Origin: a virus
Lineage: Duplodnaviria; Caudoviricetes
Virus record (IMG/VR): IMGVR_UViG_3300032046_000067
Location: 1-42,463 of that record
Reading direction: 5' to 3' (one strand)
DNA length: 42,463 bases
The notes below the pieces were generated by a model. That model was given only the letters and a program-made list of their open reading frames with translations. It was not told where the DNA came from and did not search any database. Positions within the stretch are counted from its first letter, which is position 1, and each line of letters opens with the position of its first letter. A program made the position numbers and the translations under genes. Shown piece by piece: positions 1-9,109 of this stretch.

Positions 1-757
1 GAAACTCCTTATAACCTGACTCACGCACCACCTCTTTGTGTTCCTTATCAATCCATAATGCTGCAAAGGGCATATTCCTCGCATCTCTCTTTGACTGATC
101 ATAGATTGCTCTTGGGAATACGCAGAATAAATATTTGAATTTGGTGTTATAATCTGATTTCACATAACATTCTTTGACTTTATCACCGACCTTAGTTTCG
201 CCAAATTTTCCTATTGCCTGGTCTGCGGTATATTCATATTCAATATAGGCACGTTTTGTCCTGCCCTGTGCGTCTGCCAAGATTATGACATTCTCAATAT
301 TCAGACAATCAAAGCGCACATCTTCCTCGATATCCCTTTCGCAATATAAAATATCTGTTCCAATAGAACCTAATCCGAGGTAACTTTCCACGTCTTCCTG
401 GTAAAAATTAGAACCGTTTATTATGGAATACAAGACATCTTCGGTATCTTTCAGGTAATCAAGATTATCTCTTTTTATCATAAGAGAACGGTTACGCAAG
501 CCGATAGTAAACCATTTAGTCTGCGGCCCCGACATATAAGCCTGCATACCTGCGGCAAAATAAGCATTGGCCATAATCGCGGTTGAGTCATAAATATCAA
601 CAGGTAATTTATCGCCTAAACTTTTTATGCGGGTGATATATGCCTTACGGGGCAGGGCAAAATACATCAATTCCTGCCAATATGCCTCTAATCCTGAACG
701 GGTTGATTTTTCTGTATCATAGACTCTGATATGTTGTTGGGCGATAGTTTCAGGCAT
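1..757 (-). CDS. Portal protein, 5' part (duplicate of 38753..40381, truncated by window edge)
   Basis: Matches 39625..40381. Confidence 0.9.
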   Translation of the reverse strand, partial: MPETIAQQHIRVYDTEKSTRSGLEAYWQELMYFALPRKAYITRIKSLGDKLPVDIYDSTAIMANAYFAAGMQAYMSGPQTKWFTIGLRNRSLMIKRDNLDYLKDTEDVLYSIINGSNFYQEDVESYLGLGSIGTDILYCERDIEEDVRFDCLNIENVIILADAQGRTKRAYIEYEYTADQAIGKFGETKVGDKVKECYVKSDYNTKFKYLFCVFPRAIYDQSKRDARNMPFAALWIDKEHKEVVRESGYKEF

Positions 758-1146
758 TATCTACCTCCGAGTAATGTATTAAGTTCTAAATTTGCTTCGC
801 TTGGGATACCCAACGGAGATGTTAATATTGTTTTTGTCTGGGCGAGACGCTGTTTTCTTAACTTATCTTTTGCCTCTTGTGTAGCTAAAGCTTCAGCACC
901 TGCGACTTTTGCCTCGGCTGCTTTGACCTGTGCTTCCTGGTAAGAAATAAGTTTAGTCTGCTGCGTTTCCTGAAATGCAAGTGTTTCTTTTTGTTGTGCT
1001 TCCTGGGCTGCAAGCACCTTATTCTGCTGTTCTCCCTGGGCTGAGAGTGCTTTTTTCTGCCCCTTTTTTTCTTCAGATGCTTGATAAGCAGATGTTCCAA
1101 CTACAGCAGCTGATATTATTGCAGCGGCAATCACTATTGGGGGCAT
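757..1146 (-). CDS. Small Gln/Ala-rich virion protein upstream of portal
   Basis: Hydrophobic N-terminus, coiled coil and C-terminal TILTSPLG motif. Position directly before the portal is typical of these podoviruses. Confidence 0.6.
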   Translation of the reverse strand: MPPIVIAAAIISAAVVGTSAYQASEEKKGQKKALSAQGEQQNKVLAAQEAQQKETLAFQETQQTKLISYQEAQVKAAEAKVAGAEALATQEAKDKLRKQRLAQTKTILTSPLGIPSEANLELNTLLGGR

Positions 1147-1475
1147 TTTAACCTCCGATAAATAAATTTACTCATATCCTTGCTGAACCAAGAAATACTA
1201 TTAGGATTTTCTTTATTGATGACTTCTCTTATTCCTTGCCTGATTGAAGATAATCGCTTGCCATACACACCGATAAAATGTATATTCTTGCCTTCCTGAA
1301 ATAATAAATCTTTCATAATTTCAGGATTGGTAAGTAACGCAGGATTGTGTTTTATTTGTTCTAATTGTTCTGCTTTGAGTTTAATAAAGAATCCAAACCC
1401 ATCGTTACAGGAATACATCCGGTCAGTATCATCCATCAGGGATATAAAATTATAAACTTGCTCTTGATTAGTCAT
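1134..1475 (-). CDS. Hypothetical protein (possibly GNAT-like fold by synteny)
   Basis: 113-aa ORF coupled to its neighbours. Function is a guess from position only. Confidence 0.5.
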   Translation of the reverse strand: MTNQEQVYNFISLMDDTDRMYSCNDGFGFFIKLKAEQLEQIKHNPALLTNPEIMKDLLFQEGKNIHFIGVYGKRLSSIRQGIREVINKENPNSISWFSKDMSKFIYRRLKCPQ

Positions 1476-1617
1476 TTTTTAAGATGCTTTTCTGATGTTT
1501 AAAATATTCTACCTGAGCTAATCGCCTTTCTGCGCCAACCCGGGTTTTATAAGGCCCCCCAAGATTTTTCCCTTTTTCGCTAACAACATAATAACCGCCT
1601 GCGCGTTTTACTATCAT
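1468..1617 (-). CDS. Small basic phage protein, 49 aa (not in ORF track; copy at 41092..41241)
   Basis: MIVKRAGGYYVVSEKGKNLGGPYKTRVGAERRLAQVEYFKHQKSILKND. ATGA overlap with the terminase stop codon and fills the intergenic gap. Confidence 0.75.
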   Translation of the reverse strand: MIVKRAGGYYVVSEKGKNLGGPYKTRVGAERRLAQVEYFKHQKSILKND

Positions 1618-3167
1618 AATTTTAATAGGTCATAAGTGCCTACCATTGCCGGTTCTTTATAACTTCCTGTCAATGGGTCGTATCCCTGCACTTGCTCAAT
1701 TCCTCCTTGCCTGTCCATCCTGCCTCTGATTGGCGGTTTGGCAATCTGTTGTTGCATTGCAAGGGCGTCAATCAAATCCACATACAAACTCTTAAACCCG
1801 TCTATGGTTACACCCATCAATTCTGTTTCTAATTCAGCAAGCCAGGGGGATAATTCAGGAAGCATTATTGTATGAGCTTTAAATCTTGGGGCAAGCATCT
1901 TGACTCGTTCTAATTTAGTGCCTACTGCAATATGCTCAATCGGCACAATATCAAAGAATATATTACGCCTCTGCATTTCCTTGTAAATGAATGGCTCTAA
2001 TATCTGCTTAAAATGGCCTTTTTCTATACCTACCGGCATACGCCTTGCCCCGCCAAGAGAAGGAGTCCATTTCTCAACCGCCTTGAATAATTCGTCAATG
2101 AATACATCTGAAGCCCAGCGGCCATAAGGAAAATCAACTATAATCCAGCGATTGTCTTCTGTTACGGCATTGACGCACATAGCCCGATAGCAGGCTGATT
2201 TATTTATACTTGAGGCTGGGTCAACAGTCATAAATAAATTGGTATCCTTGATAACCTTGTCCACATATAAATATGAATAACGAATGAAGTCATCTTTATT
2301 GAATACCCTGTTTTCTGCGCTTGTTGCCTCGCACATCCGCTCTCTCATCCAGACGTCAACCTGCCCTACCCTGCGGAAACTTTCTCTTTCTTTTTCTATC
2401 TCTGGCAATGGAAATTTTTCTACCCAGTTCGGTTCACCCTGCTCATTTAATATTGCTATCTTACGCGTCTGGAAACCTAATTCTTCGGCTGCATTGAACA
2501 CTCTTTCAACAATACATTTTTCGCCTAAATTATTGCCGATTAGAAATATCCTGGTATGCTGGCCTAAGAACATCACGTCAGATAAAAACCATTGCCAATC
2601 ATTCCCTAAAATCGTATCACTCTTTGCATCCTCCGTGTCCTGAGGGTCATCAAGAACGCAAATACGAGGCCGCCTATCTATATTAGCTAAGCCTCTGATT
2701 GATGAACCTTTACCGTAAACCTCAATGCGGATATTGTGGATTTTTCCCTGAGCATCCTTGACATCCACGGAGAAAATCTCAGTTGACTTCTGTTTGATTT
2801 CCACAAGATTAGAATTTAAGGCGGGATTGCTAAGATATTCTTCTTCTATTTCAAGTAACTTATTTCCGGCAAGAGTGGCGTTTTGTTTGATTAAAACAAT
2901 ATAATCCCTGTCTTCGGAAGGAAAACGCAGGCAATAAAGCAAGAAGGCACGTAAGACAATCTGGCCTTTTCCACTTTCTCTAAAACCCTCTATGGCAAAA
3001 TTATCTTTTTCATTAAGGAGAATATCCGACCATTGGAAATGAAACTCAGGAGGGGCAACTTCATCTTTTCCGTTATTCAACAATAAAAAACGGAAGGCCA
3101 CTAAATTATTGTGTGCCATTTTAATCCGCTTAATCAATTCTGTTTGTTGCTCTGAGGTAAATTGCAA
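1614..3167 (-). CDS. terL: Terminase large subunit
   Basis: Walker A-like GFRESGKG, Walker B ICVLDDPQ, nuclease motifs TVDPAS, GIEK and DLIDAL. 517 aa, upstream of portal. Confidence 0.92.
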   Translation of the reverse strand: MQFTSEQQTELIKRIKMAHNNLVAFRFLLLNNGKDEVAPPEFHFQWSDILLNEKDNFAIEGFRESGKGQIVLRAFLLYCLRFPSEDRDYIVLIKQNATLAGNKLLEIEEEYLSNPALNSNLVEIKQKSTEIFSVDVKDAQGKIHNIRIEVYGKGSSIRGLANIDRRPRICVLDDPQDTEDAKSDTILGNDWQWFLSDVMFLGQHTRIFLIGNNLGEKCIVERVFNAAEELGFQTRKIAILNEQGEPNWVEKFPLPEIEKERESFRRVGQVDVWMRERMCEATSAENRVFNKDDFIRYSYLYVDKVIKDTNLFMTVDPASSINKSACYRAMCVNAVTEDNRWIIVDFPYGRWASDVFIDELFKAVEKWTPSLGGARRMPVGIEKGHFKQILEPFIYKEMQRRNIFFDIVPIEHIAVGTKLERVKMLAPRFKAHTIMLPELSPWLAELETELMGVTIDGFKSLYVDLIDALAMQQQIAKPPIRGRMDRQGGIEQVQGYDPLTGSYKEPAMVGTYDLLKL

Positions 3168-3169
3168 GG

Positions 3170-3502
3170 TTATCCTTTATTAAAAGATGTCCTGTGTTCC
3201 ACATCAACATAAGGAAGTCCGGTTTTATATAATTGTCTATAAGTAATTCCCCATTGAGGCATCAGCATTTTTGCCCTGTCAAAATGTCCCTTCTCATCAG
3301 CTATCAAAGCATTTATTATTCTTTTGACTTCCCATTTATCACTCTTGGATAAATCTGTCTTTTTACTCCAGGCCTCAATGCCTTCTTCTAAAATCCTCAT
3401 ATCAACGATAGACAGGCTCTTGCGGTCAAAGATATATCTTAATGCGATAAAGTGCATTGTTGTAATCGAGGGGATAATCCTATTTTTAATTTTGGCTAAC
3501 AT
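3170..3502 (-). CDS. Hypothetical protein between terminase subunits
   Basis: 110-aa ORF overlapping terS and abutting terL. Confidence 0.6.
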   Translation of the reverse strand: MLAKIKNRIIPSITTMHFIALRYIFDRKSLSIVDMRILEEGIEAWSKKTDLSKSDKWEVKRIINALIADEKGHFDRAKMLMPQWGITYRQLYKTGLPYVDVEHRTSFNKG

Positions 3503-3860
3503 GCTCGGATATCCTGTTGGGGATTGCTTTGGAAATCATATTTTCAAAGAAGATATTGACGGTCTGTTGAAAACCTTCGCCTATTAACTTCTGTGGGGTC
3601 TTACCGTCAAGGCGGTTAAATATCTCTTTGATAGCCTCATTATCTCCTTGAGTGGCATTAAGAATTAAACGCCAGACTACAGCATCTTTGACTTTCCCTT
3701 TTATCGTTTCATTAGTTTCTGGGTCTATATAATTTATTTTTTTCTTAAGAAATCTTTTAAGAAGCGGAAGAAAATAACCGTTAGGATGTTTTTGAGTATG
3801 AGGCTTAGGCGGGTTAGTTTTTGAAAACCTATGTTCTCTTAATGCTTGATTTTCTGCCAT
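3486..3860 (-). CDS. terS: Probable terminase small subunit
   Basis: First gene after the late promoter. Motif GDNEAIKEIFNRLDGKTPQ resembles small-terminase/DUF5681-like proteins. Confidence 0.65.
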   Translation of the reverse strand: MAENQALREHRFSKTNPPKPHTQKHPNGYFLPLLKRFLKKKINYIDPETNETIKGKVKDAVVWRLILNATQGDNEAIKEIFNRLDGKTPQKLIGEGFQQTVNIFFENMISKAIPNRISEHVSQN

Positions 3861-3885
3861 ATCGTAGAAATATCGCTGAAATCAA

Positions 3886-3924
3886 ATAAAAAACCCGTCA
3901 ACCGCCGTATACGGTCAACGGGTT
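3886..3924 (-). terminator. Intrinsic terminator in late leader (tR'-like)
   Basis: Minus strand AACCCGTTGACCG-tatacgg-CGGTTGACGGGTT-TTTTATTT, a 13-bp stem with two G-U pairs and a U tract. Confidence 0.8.
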
Positions 3925-3954
3925 ATAAATTTAAAGGGAGCGACCCTTTATTAA

Positions 3955-3983
3955 AGTATAATAACAAAATCCTTATTTGTCAA
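3955..3983 (-). promoter_or_regulatory. Sigma70-type late promoter
   Basis: TTGACA-17 nt-TATACT on the minus strand (-35 at 3978-3983, -10 at 3955-3960). Confidence 0.85.
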
Positions 3984-4218
3984 AAAATATTATTTAAATA
4001 TATGGAGAAACTGAAGGATTTTAATCCTATTTACCCGACCCCAATTCTCACGTTTTAATAATGCTCGTCGGAGATTTGGCAGAAATATCTTAGGCAAACT
4101 CTTAATCCAAGTTATTTCTTCTTCAGTAGTCCAATGATATGGAAAGGGATATTTTTTCAGTCTTTTCATTTAGTTAGTTTTTGTTTAGATTTAAAACTCA
4201 ATAATTCAGGCAAGGAGA

Positions 4219-4434
4219 TTAGTTAAAATATTTCTTTGCTCTCTTGTGTTCCTTGAGAAAATTCTCTATTTTATCTTTATACACATTGCAATCTTCACAA
4301 GTTTTGACCGGCTCTATAAGTTTTACCCGCCAGTTAAACCAAACCATCGGAATAAGGCATAACAAGAAAAATAATACCAAGAAGTCAATTATATTTATTA
4401 CTCCGAATATCCGGCCTTTATTATCAATTATCAT
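4219..4434 (-). CDS. Small membrane protein with DUF4330-like N-terminus
   Basis: IIDNKGRIFGVINIIDFLVL followed by a TM helix. Confidence 0.6.
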   Translation of the reverse strand: MIIDNKGRIFGVINIIDFLVLFFLLCLIPMVWFNWRVKLIEPVKTCEDCNVYKDKIENFLKEHKRAKKYFN

Positions 4435-4531
4435 TATTCTTCCTTTCCAGGCCTTTTAAAATCCTTCTCTGCCCTAAGTAATAACAGAAAAAACACAAAA
4501 ACCCCTGCAATATAAATATTAGCCAAAACAT

Positions 4532-4747
4532 TTAATCTACCTCCGTCCATTTTTTAATCTTCTTCCATCTCAACCTTACCCAGTCCGCCACAATGAATAT
4601 AAGGATAACTATGATAATCCTATGCCCGCCTGTCTCCTGAATATGGCGGGTGAGGTTTTCGATATACTGCAAAGCCCCTGGGTAGAATAATATCATCACA
4701 AGAGGGATTGAGAAGATTATTAGTAACCAAGAGAGAAATATTCTCAT
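4532..4747 (-). CDS. Small two-TM membrane protein
   Basis: Two hydrophobic segments. ATGA-coupled to the upstream gene. Confidence 0.6.
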   Translation of the reverse strand: MRIFLSWLLIIFSIPLVMILFYPGALQYIENLTRHIQETGGHRIIIVILIFIVADWVRLRWKKIKKWTEVD

Positions 4748-5058
4748 TTATATTTACAAGATTTCCAAGTCTTTAATTTTTCTTCTAATTCTGCTTTTAA
4801 AGTTTGCGCCCAAACCATTTGTTCTCGTTTACTCCGAGGGATATAATCACAAGCAACTTTATCGTCTAGGCATTGTTCGCAATAATAATCACCAATAGAG
4901 AGAAAATTTTCTAATCCTACACAAGTCCGCACTGTATAAAAATTTTCTTCTAAAGAAAAATCGGCAATATATTGGGAAATCACAACCTTCGGTGGAAAAA
5001 TCTTTGAACATCCCATACATAAACCTAATACTAAAATTACTAAAATCAATTTTTTCAT
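4744..5058 (-). CDS. Putative lipoprotein
   Basis: MKKLILVILVLGLCMG-C lipobox-like signal and GAGGAGG RBS. Confidence 0.65.
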   Translation of the reverse strand: MKKLILVILVLGLCMGCSKIFPPKVVISQYIADFSLEENFYTVRTCVGLENFLSIGDYYCEQCLDDKVACDYIPRSKREQMVWAQTLKAELEEKLKTWKSCKYK

Positions 5059-5128
5059 AATCCTCCTCTTACCTTGGTAGCATTAGACAATTTAATGCCC
5101 ATAAGGCAACACAAAGCCATCCTCCTTC

Positions 5129-5731
5129 TTATATTGCATTAGATTCGACAACCGCTATTTTCTTTTTTCTACCGCCCCTTGCACCGTAATATCTGGCTGA
5201 ATAACAGGTCAAAATCTTCATGATGTCCTCTGCTAATTCTTCCTCATATTTCCGTTCTTTGGTGTCCATAATCTCAACCTTAACGCCTAAATTTCTAAAG
5301 ATAGAATCCAGATATTCGTAGCCGAATCTGGCTATGCGGTCTTTGTATTCAATCAAAACTCTCTCTACTTTTCCTTGAAACGCAAGGTTAAGCAGTTTAT
5401 GCAGACCTTTTCTTTTCTCATTTATCCCGCTGGCTATTTCATCAATGACCGTATACTTATAGCTTTGAGATTCGGCGTGTTTCGTTAGTCTGTCTTTTTG
5501 TCGCTGGAGATTTTCTTTTTGTTTTGCGGTAGAACAACGGGCATAGACAACGGTTAGTTTTTCTGGCTTAATAGCGAGCCTGCCAGTGAACGAATCCAAG
5601 TCCTCTTGCATAAAACGCCTATGCCCGCCAGTGGTCTTGAAAGATTTAATCTTTCCGTTATTGGCAAGCGTCTTGATTGTGTTTATACTTACGCCGATAT
5701 ACTTACTTGCGTCTGTTGATTTTAGTATCAT
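5129..5731 (-). CDS. tnpA: IS607-family serine recombinase (TnpA-like), with no tnpB
   Basis: N-terminal MerR-like HTH (TTGGHRRF), catalytic VYARCS, EIASG, DRIARFG and C-terminal EELAEDIMKILTCYSARYYG. Confidence 0.9.
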   Translation of the reverse strand: MILKSTDASKYIGVSINTIKTLANNGKIKSFKTTGGHRRFMQEDLDSFTGRLAIKPEKLTVVYARCSTAKQKENLQRQKDRLTKHAESQSYKYTVIDEIASGINEKRKGLHKLLNLAFQGKVERVLIEYKDRIARFGYEYLDSIFRNLGVKVEIMDTKERKYEEELAEDIMKILTCYSARYYGARGGRKKKIAVVESNAI

Positions 5732-5894
5732 TGTCTAATCCGCAAAACATTGGTTTGTTTATACACCCAACTCCACCTTTCCCAAGACAGTAATAGCCAC
5801 ATACAGGACATTGCATATCTTTGTATGTTTCATATAATAATTTTTGTCTAATTCTTTCATCTACTTTGTTTAGATTATCCATTATCGAGTCCAC
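5703..5894 (-). CDS. Small Cys-rich zinc-finger-like protein
   Basis: CPVCGYYCLGKGGVGCINKP. Confidence 0.6.
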   Translation of the reverse strand: MDSIMDNLNKVDERIRQKLLYETYKDMQCPVCGYYCLGKGGVGCINKPMFCGLDNDTKINRRK

Positions 5895-6262
5895 AATTTT
5901 AAAAAATCATTGGCACAGATATTACAAAATTCATGTTTCGTTGGTAAGTAGTCCTTATTAAGTGGGTCAGGGAGGGCGTCTGCACAGTTTTTATTCAGCG
6001 ATAACAACTCATTCGCCATAGCTTCTATCAATACTGGGTCAACAGTCTTACCGCTATTAGTTACAGAGCAATATCCTCTTGCCAACGCACCGAGTAAATC
6101 TTCTCTCGACGATAAAATAACGTCTTTATTCGTTCTTAATGGCATATACCGACTCATATTATCGCTTATAGCCATAGCGATATTCGATTGATATGCATAC
6201 CATAACTCCTTGTCTTTACGTAACTGCCGAGTAATCCATCTTACCGCTAATTTAGTTATCAT
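5882..6262 (-). CDS. Hypothetical phage protein
   Basis: 126 aa with GGGGAGGA RBS. Confidence 0.65.
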   Translation of the reverse strand: MITKLAVRWITRQLRKDKELWYAYQSNIAMAISDNMSRYMPLRTNKDVILSSREDLLGALARGYCSVTNSGKTVDPVLIEAMANELLSLNKNCADALPDPLNKDYLPTKHEFCNICANDFLKLWTR

Positions 6263-6702
6263 TGTTCCTCCCCGTTATCATACTCGTTCTCTTCACGCCA
6301 CAACAGACAGTCTTTTACGTTATTATTTTCCAAATTTATGCAGTCTTTTTTAAACCTACAGTAGTAACAAGTGTTACTCATTTTCGTTTCTCCAAAATAA
6401 CATCAGCAATTTTACTTCCTAAACTCTGCCATTCAGAATATGGAATTTCATCTGTCTGTGGAGGTCGGCAAAAGTGATTTGAAGGACTTTCGTCATAGTA
6501 TCCTTCCCATTCACAATTACATTTAGGACATAGTTTTTTCATGGCAACTCCCGCATTGTTCGTTCTGCAAAACTTCTATACATGTCCGAATACGTCTAAA
6601 CGCTTGCCATTCTTTATCGGTATCTCGGCTTGTAAACCCAAGAATAAAGTCCTTGAGTATTTGCATATCGTCCTTCAAGTCCTTAAAGTTATTTGGTTCC
6701 AT
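6259..6702 (-). other. Run of three overlapping micro-ORFs (about 40-60 aa, Cys-containing)
   Basis: MEPNNFKDLK..., MKKLCPKCNC... and MSNTCYYCRF... read by eye. Stop/start overlaps tile the gap. Confidence 0.55.
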
Positions 6703-6919
6703 TTAATTTATCTCCTCGCTCAATAGTTACGGTAAAAACAAACACATTTTCTCTTACAAGAAAACTTTTCTTTTGTAATTTAACTCCTTTGCTATTTGGC
6801 TCTGAACAAACCATTTCCCATAGTTTAAGTTTAAAAATATCTTTAGCGTCTTTAAACTTTCTGCAACTTCTTAAAATACTATCCTCTACTTGACCCATAT
6901 TATTCTCCTTTCTTGTCAA
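6689..6919 (-). CDS. Hypothetical protein (likely start MGQVED)
   Basis: AAGGAG RBS before the ATG near 6898. Confidence 0.55.
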   Translation of the reverse strand: MTRKENNMGQVEDSILRSCRKFKDAKDIFKLKLWEMVCSEPNSKGVKLQKKSFLVRENVFVFTVTIERGDKLNGTK

Positions 6920-7109
6920 TCACGGAGCCCTCCGTGATTATCTCTTTCTTCATTTTCTGTATCTCCCCAAGCAAAAACTTCTCATTCTCATTCATCAGCT
7001 CTTGCAGTTCAGAAACGGTCATCTCCTCATCTAACGGCTCGAAGAAATAAACCCGCTCTCCTTCGGTTTCAAAGTATGTTTTTGTTACTTTCGTTATCTT
7101 CATTTCCAT
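6900..7109 (-). CDS. Small acidic hypothetical protein with its own promoter
   Basis: GGAGG RBS and a promoter immediately upstream. Confidence 0.65.
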   Translation of the reverse strand: MEMKITKVTKTYFETEGERVYFFEPLDEEMTVSELQELMNENEKFLLGEIQKMKKEIITEGSVIDKKGE

Positions 7110-7115
7110 GCCTCC

Positions 7116-7144
7116 AATTTACCATTTTTAGTCTAAAAAGTCAA
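7116..7144 (-). promoter_or_regulatory. Internal sigma70-type promoter with palindromic spacer
   Basis: TTGACT-17 nt-(TGG)TAAATT, with palindrome TTTTTAG-A-CTAAAAA at 7125-7139. Confidence 0.6.
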
Positions 7145-7339
7145 GCTAATTTAATCGTATTTATACGGTTTTGGTGTGATTATGTTAGCAGTTACTAACC
7201 TCCACAATAATCAAAAAGGCTAATTTCTTTTGTGCATAAAGCAAATCCTATTTGTAATAAAGCTAATATTATTGCTATTATCGGTAATATATACATTATC
7301 ATTTTTCCTCCTTCCTTCCCAAGCACTTATTGGCTGGGG

Positions 7340-7597
7340 TTAAATCATATTTGCCTCTTGAGGTGGCGGAACATCTTTAAGAGTTAATTTATTATGCCCT
7401 TCTTTCCTTGTGTTTTTTAATCGGTGAGTATCTGCTATAATTCGTATATCCTCAATTACATCTTTTAATAAAGTACCTGTTGTCCCTACATACTGCGTGC
7501 CTTCTTTCCAATGAGCGAAAGCCCAAACACCCTTAGCAAAACCGTCAAGCCAATCAAGAGATTTGTTCTTGCATAAATCATCAATAAATTTATCCAT
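7340..7597 (-). CDS. Hypothetical phage protein
   Basis: AAGGAGG RBS and motif FAHWKEGTQYVGTTG. Confidence 0.65.
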   Translation of the reverse strand: MDKFIDDLCKNKSLDWLDGFAKGVWAFAHWKEGTQYVGTTGTLLKDVIEDIRIIADTHRLKNTRKEGHNKLTLKDVPPPQEANMI

Positions 7598-7785
7598 TTA
7601 TTGCCTCCTTTCCCACAACCCCTCTGACAGCAGCCTGGAAGTGGTCATTTAGGGTCTGCCTTTCTTCTGTTTTTCTTTTTCTGTGTTGAGGAATTTAGGT
7701 CTGGTAATTTACAAGTGCAAAGCGTATATCTCTGACAACCACAATTAAAACACGGTTCTAATAATTTTCTCATCCTCTCCCTCCT

Positions 7786-8295
7786 TTACTTGATTAAGTC
7801 CACAAAATTAAGTTGTTTAGGCAAATTTAATTTCCAACAAAACCAAGCTGTTTGAAACCAAGATCCTGAACCTTTTCCTGATGGAGTTTCAAAATTAACT
7901 CTTTTATTAGGGATAATCAATTCTATACCAAACTTGCGATACAATAATCCTCGTTTTTTACCTTCCAACGCAGTTAAGGGCAAAAGAAAAGCAAAAGGAG
8001 TATTTAATTCATAAGCCCTTGCTAAAAATTTATCTTTAAGAGAATAAGGAGGATTTGTAACTATGCAATCGTAATGAGAAAGCATTATATCTTTAAGAAA
8101 ATCAAGATTGCCTTTATCTGTTCCAAAAACGCTAAATCCTGCTTGCGTTAAAAACCTAAATAAATTACCCTTGCCCCAGGCGCATTCCCATATTTGCCAA
8201 TCTTTTTTTAGATAAGGGATTAAAATATCAACTGCTTCTTTTGGAGTCTGAAAATTATCTGGTCTACCATTACTTTGTATTGTCAATTTTCTCAC
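7786..8295 (-). CDS. Small amino-(N6-adenine) methyltransferase
   Basis: FQTP, SAM-binding WECAWGKG, DFL and catalytic IVTNPPYS. Confidence 0.8.
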   Translation of the reverse strand: MRKLTIQSNGRPDNFQTPKEAVDILIPYLKKDWQIWECAWGKGNLFRFLTQAGFSVFGTDKGNLDFLKDIMLSHYDCIVTNPPYSLKDKFLARAYELNTPFAFLLPLTALEGKKRGLLYRKFGIELIIPNKRVNFETPSGKGSGSWFQTAWFCWKLNLPKQLNFVDLIK

Positions 8296-8355
8296 TTGAT
8301 TAAGTCTTTGATTTTGGTTGAGATAATATGGGCTAATTCTTTTATTCGTTGAGTA

Positions 8356-8595
8356 TCATTCTCGGTTATGACTATTTCTATCTCCATAAAATCTTGAATC
8401 ATTTTTTTCAATATTATCTTCATCTACTTCAACCTTATCTATTTGTATGTCTATTGGAATACTAGCTGCCTTCATTATTTCGTGTGTTTTCCAATTAATT
8501 TCATCCTGCACAGTTGTCCCAATCATAGGTTGCCATTTTAGAATTTCTGCTACTTTTTTCTCAAATTCTCTGATTGTTAAATACTCTTTTATCAT
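8356..8595 (-). CDS. Hypothetical protein
   Basis: ATGA-coupled ORF with AGGAG RBS. Confidence 0.55.
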   Translation of the reverse strand: MIKEYLTIREFEKKVAEILKWQPMIGTTVQDEINWKTHEIMKAASIPIDIQIDKVEVDEDNIEKNDSRFYGDRNSHNRE

Positions 8596-8777
8596 TTATC
8601 ATCTCCTATCTCTTTAACTATGGTAGGTGGTTTTCCTGCATATTCGCAAGGAAAAGGAACGCCACATACTACACAATGTCCATGAAATTTACCTTGTGCT
8701 GGATTATGTTCACTACCACAACAAGCTCTATGTGCAGTGATTTGTGCTATTCGTTCCATCAACTTCTTCTCATCCAT
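8592..8777 (-). CDS. Small Cys/His-rich (Zn-binding) protein
   Basis: HRACC...HGHCVVCGVPFPC, with AGGAGG RBS. Confidence 0.65.
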   Translation of the reverse strand: MDEKKLMERIAQITAHRACCGSEHNPAQGKFHGHCVVCGVPFPCEYAGKPPTIVKEIGDDK

Positions 8778-8803
8778 TAGTCCTCCTGGTGGGGGGGTTA
8801 GAA

Positions 8804-9028
8804 TTAAAAATTATCTCTGCCTTCTATTGCCCAATCATAAACAGCATAAAGTTCATAATCACTATCTGCTAAAGCATCTGCCTTGTTTTGTATTTCTTCT
8901 TCATCTAATTCAAGGCACTCTTGTAGTGCTTCTATTTTTTTAGAAGCCCTATATGCCCCCATACTGCCTTCTCTTTTGTTTTCTAAATCCTTAATTGCTT
9001 TGTTAATTTCTTTATCGTTTCTTCTCAT
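8804..9028 (-). CDS. Hypothetical protein
   Basis: AAGGGAG RBS, 74 aa. Confidence 0.6.
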   Translation of the reverse strand: MRRNDKEINKAIKDLENKREGSMGAYRASKKIEALQECLELDEEEIQNKADALADSDYELYAVYDWAIEGRDNF

Positions 9029-9109
9029 CTCTCCCTTTCTGGCTGCCCTGGGGCTGGCAGGTTAACCTTCGCTAACCTTTCTTGAATAAGGGGTCAGCCT
9101 TAGGCAACC

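Larger units (their letters stand above)
1..2839. repeat. Terminal direct repeat, copy 1 (circular overlap or terminal redundancy)
   Basis: Sequence and ORF track repeat at an offset of 39624 (757..1146 = 40381..40770). At least one SNP: A2781 vs G42405. Confidence 0.97.
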
